From an uncultured virus (IMG/VR IMGVR_UViG_3300032117_000008) (taxonomy: Duplodnaviria; Heunggongvirae; Uroviricota; Caudoviricetes): a DNA stretch of 62,865 bases. Positions within the stretch are counted from its first letter, which is position 1. Every line of letters begins with the position of its first letter. Where the stretch lies: the IMG/VR virus record IMGVR_UViG_3300032117_000008. One strand, given 5' to 3'. A model generated the notes under the pieces. That model made no database searches and was not told where the DNA came from. It worked only from the letters and a program-made list of their open reading frames with translations. The position numbers were made by a program, and so were the translations under genes. Shown piece after piece: positions 9,416-18,091 of the stretch.

Positions 9416-9682
9416 TCACTCGAAACACTCCTGATCGTAAACAGGACGACCAAAGCGATCATAACCGATCAGACATTCGACTGGCGGTCGCTGGTTATTA
9501 AGAATAATTGCCCCAACGATACCAAGGCCAAGTAGACCGGCACCGATACCAATGTTACGACCGTAATGACGATCAAATTGGCGACCAACCGGATGACCAA
9601 CTCTTGGACCAAAGTGATGACCAGCATAAGAAGGCGAAATAGTGGCAAAAATAATTGCCGATGCGATAAGAATATTTTTCAT
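9416..9682 (-). CDS. Small secreted/membrane protein
   Basis: Signal peptide ending SYA and a Gly-rich hydrophobic segment. Confidence 0.6.
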   Translation of the reverse strand: MKNILIASAIIFATISPSYAGHHFGPRVGHPVGRQFDRHYGRNIGIGAGLLGLGIVGAIILNNQRPPVECLIGYDRFGRPVYDQECFE

Positions 9683-9909
9683 TTATTGACCCCGAACAAA
9701 ACCCAGTGAAAAAGCGAAATTCCTAGAAACATAAGAAAAATTATCACCATAGTTGCCGGAATCGCAAAAGCATAACTAAAAAAGTTATTCATGGGGTCTT
9801 TTCTATCTTGTTCATCTAAAAAAATAGTATATATAAATTTATGAACAAAATAGTAAACAAAGAACGGAACACAAGCAACAATAGCTCTCGCAAGAATGTC
9901 CATTATCAA
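9679..9909 (-). CDS. Two-TM membrane protein
   Basis: Two hydrophobic stretches; GAGGG SD. Confidence 0.55.
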   Translation of the reverse strand: MIMDILARAIVACVPFFVYYFVHKFIYTIFLDEQDRKDPMNNFFSYAFAIPATMVIIFLMFLGISLFHWVLFGVNK

Positions 9910-10011
9910 ACCCTCTCAAACAAGAATACACGAAATTCAGTATTGGTCAACCAGTAACCAACTTCCCAAAGATTGCTCAGAACATTATAACGCTTGATCA
10001 TTATTCTTCTG

Positions 10012-10206
10012 CTATGCTCGAACCACAGTCGGTGTTCCCACAACAGTTACGCCATTCTTTGAAGTCCCACGAATCTGACGTGCAAACTCAACCGCCTCAA
10101 GAAAGCTATCAAACGTAGACTTACGCTCGATAATCAATCCATAAAGCGAAGGTGTATTAACGTCAAGATGTTTGACGGTATAGAGTACCTTGTGTTTATC
10201 TTTCAT
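10012..10206 (-). CDS. Early hypothetical protein
   Basis: AAGGAG SD directly after an early promoter. Confidence 0.65.
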   Translation of the reverse strand: MKDKHKVLYTVKHLDVNTPSLYGLIIERKSTFDSFLEAVEFARQIRGTSKNGVTVVGTPTVVRA

Positions 10207-10253
10207 GTCAGACTCCTTTTATTTTATAATGATACCTTATTCATTTTTTAAAG

Positions 10254-10346
10254 TCAATCGAAAAATGCTCTAAAGAAAATAAAAACAAAAATGACAATAG
10301 GCAACCAGAAGATATATAAAAGAGCCTTTACGTCATCCTTGTTCAT
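10254..10346 (-). CDS. 30-aa single-TM micro-protein (not in ORF track)
   Basis: MNKDDVKALLYIFWLPIVIFVFIFFRAFFD; stop codon lies inside the next -35 element. Confidence 0.5.
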   Translation of the reverse strand: MNKDDVKALLYIFWLPIVIFVFIFFRAFFD

Positions 10347-10455
10347 CCTTCTTACCTTTTCTAGTATAAGAGCCTTTTCCCTTTTTGCTCTTGACGATCC
10401 TTTGTTTATATAGGCCAGAAGCAAGAACTTTGGCCATAGGATTATGTTTATGCAT
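10333..10455 (-). CDS. arfA: ArfA-like alternative ribosome-rescue peptide, 40 aa (not in ORF track)
   Basis: MHKHNPMAKVLASGLYKQRIVKSKKGKGSYTRKGKKDEQG matches the ArfA core L(F/Y)xQRxxxxKKGKGSYxRK; GGAG SD. Confidence 0.75.
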   Translation of the reverse strand: MHKHNPMAKVLASGLYKQRIVKSKKGKGSYTRKGKKDEQG

Positions 10456-10483
10456 CGACCTACTCTCCGACCTACGTTGTTAC

Positions 10484-10651
10484 CTACAGAATATCAACCA
10501 CTCGACCGCTCTGATCAACGGCGCGAACACGATAATTAGGATACCTTGAAGACAATTGCTTCATTGCCTGGACAATATACATAGAATTGTTCAGCGTCGT
10601 CTGATAGGTTACCCAATTACCAGTACCTTGCTGCAGCTGAATATTGATCAT
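10484..10651 (-). CDS. 55-aa hypothetical protein (not in ORF track)
   Basis: MINIQLQQGTGNW...RVRAVDQSGRVVDIL; ATGA overlap with the upstream ORF. Confidence 0.55.
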   Translation of the reverse strand: MINIQLQQGTGNWVTYQTTLNNSMYIVQAMKQLSSRYPNYRVRAVDQSGRVVDIL

Positions 10652-10809
10652 GATTCATTTCCATGATGTTGAAGTTTATCCAAACATTCTTGTTTAGTCT
10701 TAAATGGTCCTACTATCATTACGATATGACCGTCAACAGACTCCAAACCAAACCACATACCCCAAGTACTTGGGCTGTTATCATCAAAATCTTGCCATGT
10801 TCTTATCAT
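10648..10809 (-). CDS. 53-aa hypothetical protein (not in ORF track)
   Basis: MIRTWQDFDD...GPFKTKQEC; AGGAG SD. Confidence 0.5.
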   Translation of the reverse strand: MIRTWQDFDDNSPSTWGMWFGLESVDGHIVMIVGPFKTKQECLDKLQHHGNES

Positions 10810-10836
10810 GACCTATCTCCTGACCTAGCTATAGAC

Positions 10837-11142
10837 CTACTGTTCGTTAACAGAAAGATGAGCGAAGCAATCAGAAACTCGCTCATCACCATCAAAATAG
10901 AACACCCAATCACCAAGCTCTTGTCGGTATTCCTTATTGATATACTCAAAACCACCGTAATACTGAAGAGTACGATCGTTGCTTATGTCAACCACAATTG
11001 TTGTACGATCTTCATCAACGTACAAACAATAACCAGCTCTTGAATCCAATCCAAGATCAGAAGCCTTGACATGATCAAGCTTTTGAACGTACCTCTCAAC
11101 CTTATCGTTTATTGCTTCGACGAAATCGTAACCAGCCAACAT
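10837..11142 (-). CDS. Early hypothetical protein
   Basis: Own promoter and AAGGA SD; LQYYGGFEY motif. Confidence 0.65.
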   Translation of the reverse strand: MLAGYDFVEAINDKVERYVQKLDHVKASDLGLDSRAGYCLYVDEDRTTIVVDISNDRTLQYYGGFEYINKEYRQELGDWVFYFDGDERVSDCFAHLSVNEQ

Positions 11143-11209
11143 GCATGTTTTCCTTTATTTCACAGACCACATATTGATTATACCGGAGTTATTTTTAAAA
11201 GTCAAGCGG

Positions 11210-11503
11210 CTAGCCGAAGAAATTCTCATATTCCTCGTCGGTCATGAGCTTTTCGCAATACATCCAGAGATCACCATCCTGCCAAAGGTTCCAACGATTA
11301 CCTTTGCTGTCGACAAAGTAAATAGAATTCGTCACCGAATCCCAGGATTCCCAATACCATTCCGCATCGGGTCCCTCTAGAAGAGTTTCAATATCCGAGG
11401 GATTATAACCTTCCCAGGACTTACCAGCGTTAACAATTTCAGCGAAATCGCGAGGGATATAGACGCCACGATTATCAGAGAGGATAAGTTCGATACCAGA
11501 CAT
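11210..11503 (-). CDS. Early acidic hypothetical protein
   Basis: Own promoter and SD; RGVYIP..F, EWYWESW, QDGDLW. Confidence 0.7.
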   Translation of the reverse strand: MSGIELILSDNRGVYIPRDFAEIVNAGKSWEGYNPSDIETLLEGPDAEWYWESWDSVTNSIYFVDSKGNRWNLWQDGDLWMYCEKLMTDEEYENFFG

Positions 11504-11565
11504 TTGTTTGCTCCTTCATTTCAACTTATAACTCATTATAGCGCTGATTTGTTTTAAAAACAAAT

Positions 11566-11844
11566 TCAAAATTTGCGATGGCGAACAATGTCCCATTTCA
11601 CAACAGACCAAGAACCATCATCACGCTCATCAACGATTACGTGAGCAACGTTGCCTTTCACAAGAGCCAAGCGCGTCTCGCCAAGAGGGCCGACATAAAT
11701 CTTATGTGGGAATACTACGTTGCGTCCGCCATGAGCAGGCGGAGAAAGAATCATCTCATCGGCAGCAGCGTAATCAAAAACTTTTCCACAAGTTTTCTCT
11801 ATGAAGTAGCCAAGAGTCTTTTCGACGGCGGGCGCATTAGCCAT
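11566..11844 (-). CDS. Early hypothetical protein
   Basis: First leftward gene, with promoter cassette and AAGGAG SD. Confidence 0.7.
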   Translation of the reverse strand: MANAPAVEKTLGYFIEKTCGKVFDYAAADEMILSPPAHGGRNVVFPHKIYVGPLGETRLALVKGNVAHVIVDERDDGSWSVVKWDIVRHRKF

Positions 11845-11912
11845 TTTAGTTCTCCTTCAACCAACCTTATAAATCATTATAGCGCGGAAAAGTTTTAAAA
11901 ACAAGCGCCCTA

Positions 11913-11967
11913 ATTGACGGAAAAAAAGAGTGAAATGTGGTATTTGACGTAAAAATTAAGTGAAATA
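11913..11967. repeat. Two tandem dyad sites TTGAC-N11-GTGAAAT between divergent promoters
   Basis: Copies at 11914-11936 and 11944-11966 (30-bp period); further copies at 15746-15768 and, inverted, 18015-18037. Confidence 0.75.
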
Positions 11968-12030
11968 CGCCGCTTGTTTTTAAAACCATATGAGGGTATT
12001 ATTGGTTATAAGGTTGATAAGGGAAACGAA

Positions 12031-12555
12031 ATGATCAACGTCGAAAAGGAACTCGCATTCCTAGATCTCGCCACCGACATTCTCAAATACACGCGCTCGG
12101 AAAGAGCCTTTATTCGCGAATGGATCAATAAGGGACACGAATTCAGCGGTAGAATTTGGGAAGAGCTCATCGAAAAGCTCGCTCGCACCAAGTTTAATGA
12201 CACAGCCCACATGGATTTCACTGATGGGACTGAGGCCAAGACTGCGAGCACTCGTCTTTATAAAAAGAAAGAAGGGTCTACCGGAATTGTTGGCCAGATA
12301 ACCAATGTGGCCGGCAAGACCGGATACATTCGCGTCGCTTGCTATAACAACCATAGCAAGAAGATTGACTTCTTTGTTCTTCCTCCAAACCACGACGTAA
12401 CTATTCGTTTCGCTAAAAGTCAAGGTAATAAAGGCTGCATACAGTTTTCTTATAGTAGAAAAGATGACACTTATTCGGCTAACCTTGAGAAATATCGCGT
12501 TAAGAACATCAAGGAATGTTGTAAGCAGTTTAGATATCTGAAGCTGGTCGCTTGA
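12031..12555 (+). CDS. Early protein, possible PD-(D/E)xK nuclease fold
   Basis: E in GRIWEEL and DFTDGTEAK motif; own promoter. Confidence 0.5.
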   Translation: MINVEKELAFLDLATDILKYTRSERAFIREWINKGHEFSGRIWEELIEKLARTKFNDTAHMDFTDGTEAKTASTRLYKKKEGSTGIVGQITNVAGKTGYIRVACYNNHSKKIDFFVLPPNHDVTIRFAKSQGNKGCIQFSYSRKDDTYSANLEKYRVKNIKECCKQFRYLKLVA

Positions 12556-12631
12556 TTTTTTGGGCGACTCCGTTGATTTTAAAACGTTTCCGGGGTATTA
12601 TTGATTATAAGATTGGATGAAAGGAAACGAA

Positions 12632-12853
12632 ATGGCTAATATGTCTTATTGTCGGTTCGAAAACACTCTTCGCGATCTCCAAGATTGCTTGAACGTTCTC
12701 GACGAGGCTTGTGAGGACGATAAGTCTTTGGAAGATTTCGAGAAATCTCTTGGTTCCGATTACGAACGTCGGGCTTTCAAGAGCCTCTTGACAGTCGCCG
12801 AGGAACTTTTGATGATTGCCGATCGAATGGCGAACGCTGAAAACGAGGCTTGA
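12632..12853 (+). CDS. Early acidic hypothetical protein
   Basis: MANMSYCRFENTLRDLQDC N-terminus recurrent in phages. Confidence 0.7.
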   Translation: MANMSYCRFENTLRDLQDCLNVLDEACEDDKSLEDFEKSLGSDYERRAFKSLLTVAEELLMIADRMANAENEA

Positions 12854-12909
12854 TTTTAAAACGTTCCCGCGCTATAATGAGTTATAACTGAATCAAACAG
12901 GAGTTCAAT

Positions 12910-13761
12910 ATGCCCCGTGGTGTTTACGACCGTTCCGCCGCTCGCGCTGCTCGCACCGAGAAGTTCACGGCCATCAAGGTCAATTATGATAATCAGCCGC
13001 ACGAAACCGACGAGCAGATCGATGCGCGCATTTCCGAGCGTTTCGAGATTCTCGATGTTCTGACCGAAGCTTGTACGGTCGGCAACGCTCGCGCTCTTAT
13101 CGTTTCCGGCCCTGCCGGTCTTGGCAAGAGCTTCACTGTCGAGAAACGTTTGAACGAGTGGGACCCCAACGAGATCAACCACACGATCGTCAAGGGCTAT
13201 GTTCGCGCCACCGGTCTCGTCAAGCTTCTGTATCAATATCGCGAAGAGGGTCAGGTCATTGTTTTTGATGATGCCGACTCTATCTTCTATGATGATATCT
13301 CTCTCAATCTTCTCAAGGCGGTTTGCGACACGACCGAGCGTCGTCGTGTTTCTTGGTTGAGTGAGGGCAAGCTTATCGACGACGAGAGCGCCGATCTTAT
13401 CCCGCGTTCTTTCAACTTCAACGGCACGATCATCTTCATCACGAATATGGACTTTGACGCGATGATCGATCGTGGCCATAAGCTGGCGCCTCATCTTCAG
13501 GCTCTGGTTTCTCGTTCGCACTACATTGATCTTTCTATGAAGACGCGCCGCGATTATCTTGTTCGCATCAAGCAGGTCATCAAGCAGGGTTTGCTCAACC
13601 ATTTGAATGGCGTTGAACGTCATGAGGTTATTGAGTTCATTAACTCCAATCACGAGCGTCTCCGTGAGTTGTCGCTGCGCGTTGCTCTGAAGATTGGTGC
13701 TCTTCGCAAGCAAGGCGCTAACTGGCAGAAGATGGCTAAGATTACCTGCTGCCGCAATTAA
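12910..13761 (+). CDS. P-loop AAA-type ATPase
   Basis: Walker A GPAGLGKS, Walker B VIVFDDAD, sensor IFITN, SR finger. Confidence 0.85.
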   Translation: MPRGVYDRSAARAARTEKFTAIKVNYDNQPHETDEQIDARISERFEILDVLTEACTVGNARALIVSGPAGLGKSFTVEKRLNEWDPNEINHTIVKGYVRATGLVKLLYQYREEGQVIVFDDADSIFYDDISLNLLKAVCDTTERRRVSWLSEGKLIDDESADLIPRSFNFNGTIIFITNMDFDAMIDRGHKLAPHLQALVSRSHYIDLSMKTRRDYLVRIKQVIKQGLLNHLNGVERHEVIEFINSNHERLRELSLRVALKIGALRKQGANWQKMAKITCCRN

Positions 13762-13841
13762 ATTCAATCCCCGGAAGCGGTTTGCTTTTAAAACGTTTCC
13801 GGGGTATTATTGGTTATAAGGTTGGTTGAAGGAGAACTGAA

Positions 13842-13934
13842 ATGAGTTGGGCAGAAGCGTTTGAACATGTAGGCATCGCTGTTTGTATGTGCGTTGCTTT
13901 CTTGGGGTGTTTTCTTTTCCTATCAAGGCTCTGA
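13842..13934 (+). CDS. 30-aa single-TM micro-protein (not in ORF track)
   Basis: MSWAEAFEHVGIAVCMCVAFLGCFLFLSRL directly after a promoter and AAGGAG SD. Confidence 0.6.
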   Translation: MSWAEAFEHVGIAVCMCVAFLGCFLFLSRL

Positions 13935-13936
13935 AT

Positions 13937-14347
13937 ATGACTACTCTCACTGTTCGTATTCGCAACTCTATGTATCAATACCGCGACAGGTATTCTTACT
14001 TCATTCCAGAGTTTGTGGAGCATACAGGAGATGTAGTTCCTAATCCCCCATGGGTCAAGGCTGATTCATTTTGTCTTTCGACTGGCGATCCGTCTTGGCC
14101 TTTTCGTATTTTGTCCAAAGACGATATCGTTTGCGGTTGGAAACATTCGGGCTCTTCTCTCAAGAAAGAGTCAAAGGTTCAATCATATATCGTCAAAGGT
14201 TCAAAGTCAAGCTACGTCGTTACGATTGACGAGAAGAATAAGGCGTCTTGTAATTGTACGGGATTCGCTTATCGTAAGAATTGTTCTCATGTTAAAGAAG
14301 TTCTTTCGCGTCGGGACGCCGAGACAGAGCGTCGGGACGCCAGTTGA
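13937..14347 (+). CDS. SWIM zinc-finger protein
   Basis: YVV...CNCTGFAYRKNCSHV. Confidence 0.75.
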   Translation: MTTLTVRIRNSMYQYRDRYSYFIPEFVEHTGDVVPNPPWVKADSFCLSTGDPSWPFRILSKDDIVCGWKHSGSSLKKESKVQSYIVKGSKSSYVVTIDEKNKASCNCTGFAYRKNCSHVKEVLSRRDAETERRDAS

Positions 14348-14611
14348 TTTTAAAACGCATCCGCGTTATAGTAGGTTATAAGTTAAAGGGAAATGAAATG
14401 AACAACGAACACACTCAAAAGATCTAATACAGAAAGGTCAGTAACTTGTCTAAGGATATTCGTAATCTCCGTAAAGAGGCCAAGGGTCTTATTAAGAAGA
14501 TGAAGAAGAACGGAATTGAATATGATGTGCCGGATATTTCGTTCATGGATGTCTTTGAACTACGAGAGTTTATTAATGCGCTCTTGTTGACTCTCAAAGG
14601 ATATACTGCTC

Positions 14612-14833
14612 TTGTATAACATAAGTCGTGTTCAATATGAACTTAATACAGTAATAAAGTTTAAATATAAACCATTACCGAGTACAATAAATTATATCAG
14701 CGGATCATCTAGGATTGTGTTTGTTCCAATTTTAAATAATATTGGCAATGAAATACGCGACAATATTCGCGGTGGTTTGAAAGATATAGATATTACTGCT
14801 GCCAAAACACTGATGATTAATGGTGAATTGTGA
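14612..14833 (+). CDS. MY-family small paralog 1
   Basis: TTG start MYNIS; C-terminal I..EIRDNI periodicity. Confidence 0.5.
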   Translation: MYNISRVQYELNTVIKFKYKPLPSTINYISGSSRIVFVPILNNIGNEIRDNIRGGLKDIDITAAKTLMINGEL

Positions 14834-15048
14834 TGTACGATGTTGAGAGAATCGACAGAGCTTCTTTTTATCTAAAATTTTTAGAAAAAATAGACCTTAA
14901 AAATATTAATGATGCTATCCAAGGTGATATTATTAATACGATTGTTATTGGGCTTAATCCGATTCTTAATGGGATATATGAACGAATAGGTGATGAAATA
15001 AAAGATCAGCTTATTGATATAATTGAAGACAAACTAGAAAGCCGATAA
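14830..15048 (+). CDS. MY-family small paralog 2
   Basis: MYDVE...IGDEIKDQLIDIIEDKL. Confidence 0.6.
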   Translation: MMYDVERIDRASFYLKFLEKIDLKNINDAIQGDIINTIVIGLNPILNGIYERIGDEIKDQLIDIIEDKLESR

Positions 15049-15049
15049 C

Positions 15050-15310
15050 ATGTATCAAATTGAATTAGATCATGACAATGACGATATTCTTTGTATCTTA
15101 CATAAGATGTATGGGGAACTATTTAAAGAATTATATTACCCATTAGATAACCAAGCTGAAGACCAATTCCTCGACCAACTGTTTGACCCAATACGCGACC
15201 AATTCCTTGACCCACTGGTTGGCCAACTGTTTGACCCAATACGCGACCGACTCATCGACCAACTTGTTGACCAACTGTTCGACCTACGGAAAGACCAACA
15301 TAATGGCTAG
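15050..15310 (+). CDS. MY-family small paralog 3 with 4-aa DQLx repeats
   Basis: 12-bp-period GACC(A/C)A repeats at 15161-15292. Confidence 0.6.
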   Translation: MYQIELDHDNDDILCILHKMYGELFKELYYPLDNQAEDQFLDQLFDPIRDQFLDPLVGQLFDPIRDRLIDQLVDQLFDLRKDQHNG

Positions 15311-15569
15311 AATAACCAAACGCTCATTGTTTACTAATAAGGTTAGAACACTTGATATTCCTCAGTACACTCAGGAAGAGTTTGATAATAGATATAATGC
15401 TTATTTGAAACAAGGTAAACTCATACAAGATGTATTCCCTGATCTATCTTTATCAGCAAGAGAGTTTATAATGACTGGTATTACTGATGAAGAATGGTAT
15501 GAATTTATGAGTGACGCTGATACTAAACAAGAGAAAGCGTCGGGACGGTTGAATGATTGGTATGAATAG
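15303..15569 (+). CDS. Conserved phage hypothetical protein
   Basis: LIQDVFPDLS..AREFIMTGITDEEW motif. Confidence 0.7.
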   Translation: MARITKRSLFTNKVRTLDIPQYTQEEFDNRYNAYLKQGKLIQDVFPDLSLSAREFIMTGITDEEWYEFMSDADTKQEKASGRLNDWYE

Positions 15570-15630
15570 TTGATTGTTGATGAATATTCGTGGGTTCTTT
15601 GTGAATCCTTTGGTGTTTCTTTGGAGTTCT

Positions 15631-15663
15631 TCGTAGTTGTTCGTAGTTGTTCGTAGTTGTTCG
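15631..15663 (+). repeat. 10-bp tandem repeat (TCGTAGTTGT)x3 in a non-coding T/G-skewed tract
   Basis: Read directly from the sequence. Confidence 0.9.
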
Positions 15664-15947
15664 AGTTTCTTTGGTGAATTTCTTCTAAGTTGGTAAACGT
15701 TTACTAATTGATTTAAATCCCGTTTAATAAATGTTTTCTTAGTATTTGACTGAGAAATGTCGTGAAATACTGGGGCTCGCTGTTGCTCTGCGGCTCTCTT
15801 GGTTGAACTTTAAATTTGCGCTCAAAAAGTTTTAAAAGCAAGCCCAAAGATTCTTAGTTGTCGCTCGATAATCTTTGAGCGCCTCCTTTTTTTTAAAACG
15901 GAAGCGCGCTAATATTAATTATAAGGTTGAAACGAGGGAAACGAAAA

Positions 15948-16208
15948 ATGAGCGAACACCGCACGAACTATTCGGCCTCTGAGATTCTTCGCCTGATCGC
16001 GACGGCCAAATTTCGCCCGTTCGACGAGGCCGATTGGGACGCGTTCCCCGGTTGTGAGTCCGAGAATCCAATGATCGCTGAGTACGAATACAATGGTCGC
16101 ACTGGGGTTATCGTTCTTGACGGGGATCGCGGCGCCGCGATCCCCGATATCGTCGAATTCGTCGACGAATTCGGCGGCCAAATGTTTTCTCTCAGCCTCC
16201 TCGATTAA
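15948..16208 (+). CDS. Early hypothetical protein (paralog of 16644-16868)
   Basis: SASE..LIA..F.PF.E.DW.AF.GCE shared with 16644-16868. Confidence 0.75.
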   Translation: MSEHRTNYSASEILRLIATAKFRPFDEADWDAFPGCESENPMIAEYEYNGRTGVIVLDGDRGAAIPDIVEFVDEFGGQMFSLSLLD

Positions 16209-16268
16209 GGCTTGAAATTAAAAGCCAAACGGGTTATAGTAGGTTATAAGTTGATGAAACGGAGAAAA

Positions 16269-16580
16269 ATGATGAATATGGTTTCCTATACCTATATGGG
16301 CGTGAAGCGTTCTTATACTCCTGTGCCGCTGAATAAGCTTGACGTTGTTCGGCTTGAGCTTCGGGCTAAACTAGCTGAGCTGAAGGCCACTACTGGTGAT
16401 GAGTTTATTCTTCGTACCTTTTACCTTGGCCCTCGTAAGTATTATAACCACAATACTTTGAAAACTGACGCTCGCTGCGCTAAAATCGGTGTATATAAGG
16501 TAGAAAAGCGCGGAAAATACGTTTATCCTAACGGTGAATTTTACCGCTACGTGAATTCTGAGTTGAAATATTACGTTTAA
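16269..16580 (+). CDS. Early basic hypothetical protein
   Basis: Own promoter and GGAG SD. Confidence 0.65.
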   Translation: MMNMVSYTYMGVKRSYTPVPLNKLDVVRLELRAKLAELKATTGDEFILRTFYLGPRKYYNHNTLKTDARCAKIGVYKVEKRGKYVYPNGEFYRYVNSELKYYV

Positions 16581-16643
16581 GGGCTTGACTTTAATTCAAC
16601 TCGGGCGTAGAATGAATTATAGGTTGAAATAAGGAGCTGTCTG

Positions 16644-16868
16644 ATGGTTGTGAAATTGAGCGCGAGCGAGGCAATTGTTCTTATTGCTAAGACCCAGTTC
16701 TCCCCTTTTACTGAGTCCGACTGGTCTGCGTTTATGGGCTGTGAGGCGGACGAGCCGCTGATTGGTTACAACGGAGACTATTGCTTAGTTCTAGATGGCG
16801 AAACTATTAACATCATTCACGGCGAGGACGAGTACGGCGGACAATTGTTTAGTTTCAGTGAGATGTGA
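16644..16868 (+). CDS. Early hypothetical protein (paralog of 15948-16208)
   Basis: Flanked by identical 43-bp promoter repeats at 16585 and 16870. Confidence 0.75.
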   Translation: MVVKLSASEAIVLIAKTQFSPFTESDWSAFMGCEADEPLIGYNGDYCLVLDGETINIIHGEDEYGGQLFSFSEM

Positions 16869-16926
16869 TTTGACTTTAATTCAACTCGGGCGTAGAATGA
16901 ATTATAGGTTGATAGGAGAACTGAAA

Positions 16927-17094
16927 ATGCTGAAGCCCAACGCCTCTAAGATCGCGAAGCACGCAGCCGTCGACGAAGCGGTCGGCGAGTTCCTCTCTCG
17001 TGGGGGAGTAATCGTTCGACATAAAGACGCGGTCGCCAACAGCCTGAAGAAGCGTCGTTATATTAAGCGGGCGACAACTGTGAAGTCCGCTTAA
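16927..17094 (+). CDS. Early small basic protein
   Basis: AGGAG SD; EFLSRGGVI motif. Confidence 0.65.
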   Translation: MLKPNASKIAKHAAVDEAVGEFLSRGGVIVRHKDAVANSLKKRRYIKRATTVKSA

Positions 17095-17167
17095 TATTCA
17101 GAGCAGCGGTTGCTTTTAAAACGAATCCGAGTTAGAATGGTTTATAACGTTGGAATGGAGAACTCTC

Positions 17168-17332
17168 ATGCATAAGCTCAACATCGTCTATAAGATCCCC
17201 ACTGGCCGTCGTGGTCGTCCTGAACTCTTCACCAAGAGCGTGAAGCTGCCTGTTCGTCGTGGCCAGTGCACTGGCCGAATCAACGAGGCGCTCGATAAGT
17301 ATCTGCCCGTCAAGGCCGAATTGGTCGCCTAG
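17168..17332 (+). CDS. Early small basic protein
   Basis: GRRGRP AT-hook-like motif; own promoter. Confidence 0.6.
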   Translation: MHKLNIVYKIPTGRRGRPELFTKSVKLPVRRGQCTGRINEALDKYLPVKAELVA

Positions 17333-17425
17333 TAATCGAGCGATAATCTTCTAGGGCTCCTTGCCTTTAAAAGATGCTCGGGTTATAATACGTTATAACC
17401 TAAACGAAACGAAAGGAATTAACGC

Positions 17426-17962
17426 ATGACCGCTCTCAATAAGGCCGCGACTGCTCTCAAGCTCTATGCCGACGGCTTCAAGGATAAGGACTCGTTCAAC
17501 ACCGAGTTCATGAAGCTCTTTCCCGACTTCCCTCGCTCGACCGCTGGTTACTTCAGCGATGCGTTCCGTCATCACAATCCCGGCCAGTCTCAGCGCAAGG
17601 GTCGTGCTGCTTCTCCTCCGAAGGAACCGAAGGCTCCCAAGGAACCGAAGCCTGTCAAGGAGAAGGTTCTGAAGAAGAAGGCCGAGAAGGTCGTGAAGGA
17701 AAAGCCTTCGAAGGCTTCTGCGCCCGTGAAGAGCCTTGATGAGATCGCCAAGATCAAGGCCGCTAACCTTGCTCGCATGAAGGCTGTCTCTGAAAAGACC
17801 AAGAAGTACACGATGGTTGCTCGCGAAGAGGGCGCTGGTGTGCCGAACTTTGATCCCGAGAAGGCTCGGGCTGAGGTCGCTACATTCCTTGACACTGGGG
17901 ACATTGATTCCTTCGCTGCTCCGGAGAAGCTTTCTGCTGATCAGGTCAGAGCTCTGGTCTGA
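17426..17962 (+). CDS. Lys/Ala/Pro-rich early protein (possible nucleic-acid binding)
   Basis: PKEPKAPKEPKPVKEKV low-complexity core; strongly biased codons. Confidence 0.7.
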   Translation: MTALNKAATALKLYADGFKDKDSFNTEFMKLFPDFPRSTAGYFSDAFRHHNPGQSQRKGRAASPPKEPKAPKEPKPVKEKVLKKKAEKVVKEKPSKASAPVKSLDEIAKIKAANLARMKAVSEKTKKYTMVAREEGAGVPNFDPEKARAEVATFLDTGDIDSFAAPEKLSADQVRALV

Positions 17963-18091
17963 TCAACCAAACAACCATTATATATCGGGTGGGGTTTAAA
18001 AACAAGCCCCACCCATTTCACGTTTTGATTACGTCAAATACGATGAGAAAAGCGATCGGATTCTTGCGGCATCTTAAAAAACAGTGGCCTC

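Noticed and set aside
11974..12030. Upstream starts given in the ORF track (also 16212, 16795, 26133, 33463, 4608)
   Set aside because: These extensions run through promoters, a tRNA or a terminator; SD-led downstream ATGs were used instead
14398..14619. Readthrough or pseudogene (ATG 14398, TAA 14425, frame open to 14619)
   Set aside because: A TTG at 14446 with an AAAGGT SD explains the downstream frame equally well; cannot be decided from sequence
15631..15663. CRISPR array
   Set aside because: Contiguous 10-bp units without spacers; no cas genes. The promoter repeats are separated by genes, not 30-40 nt spacers
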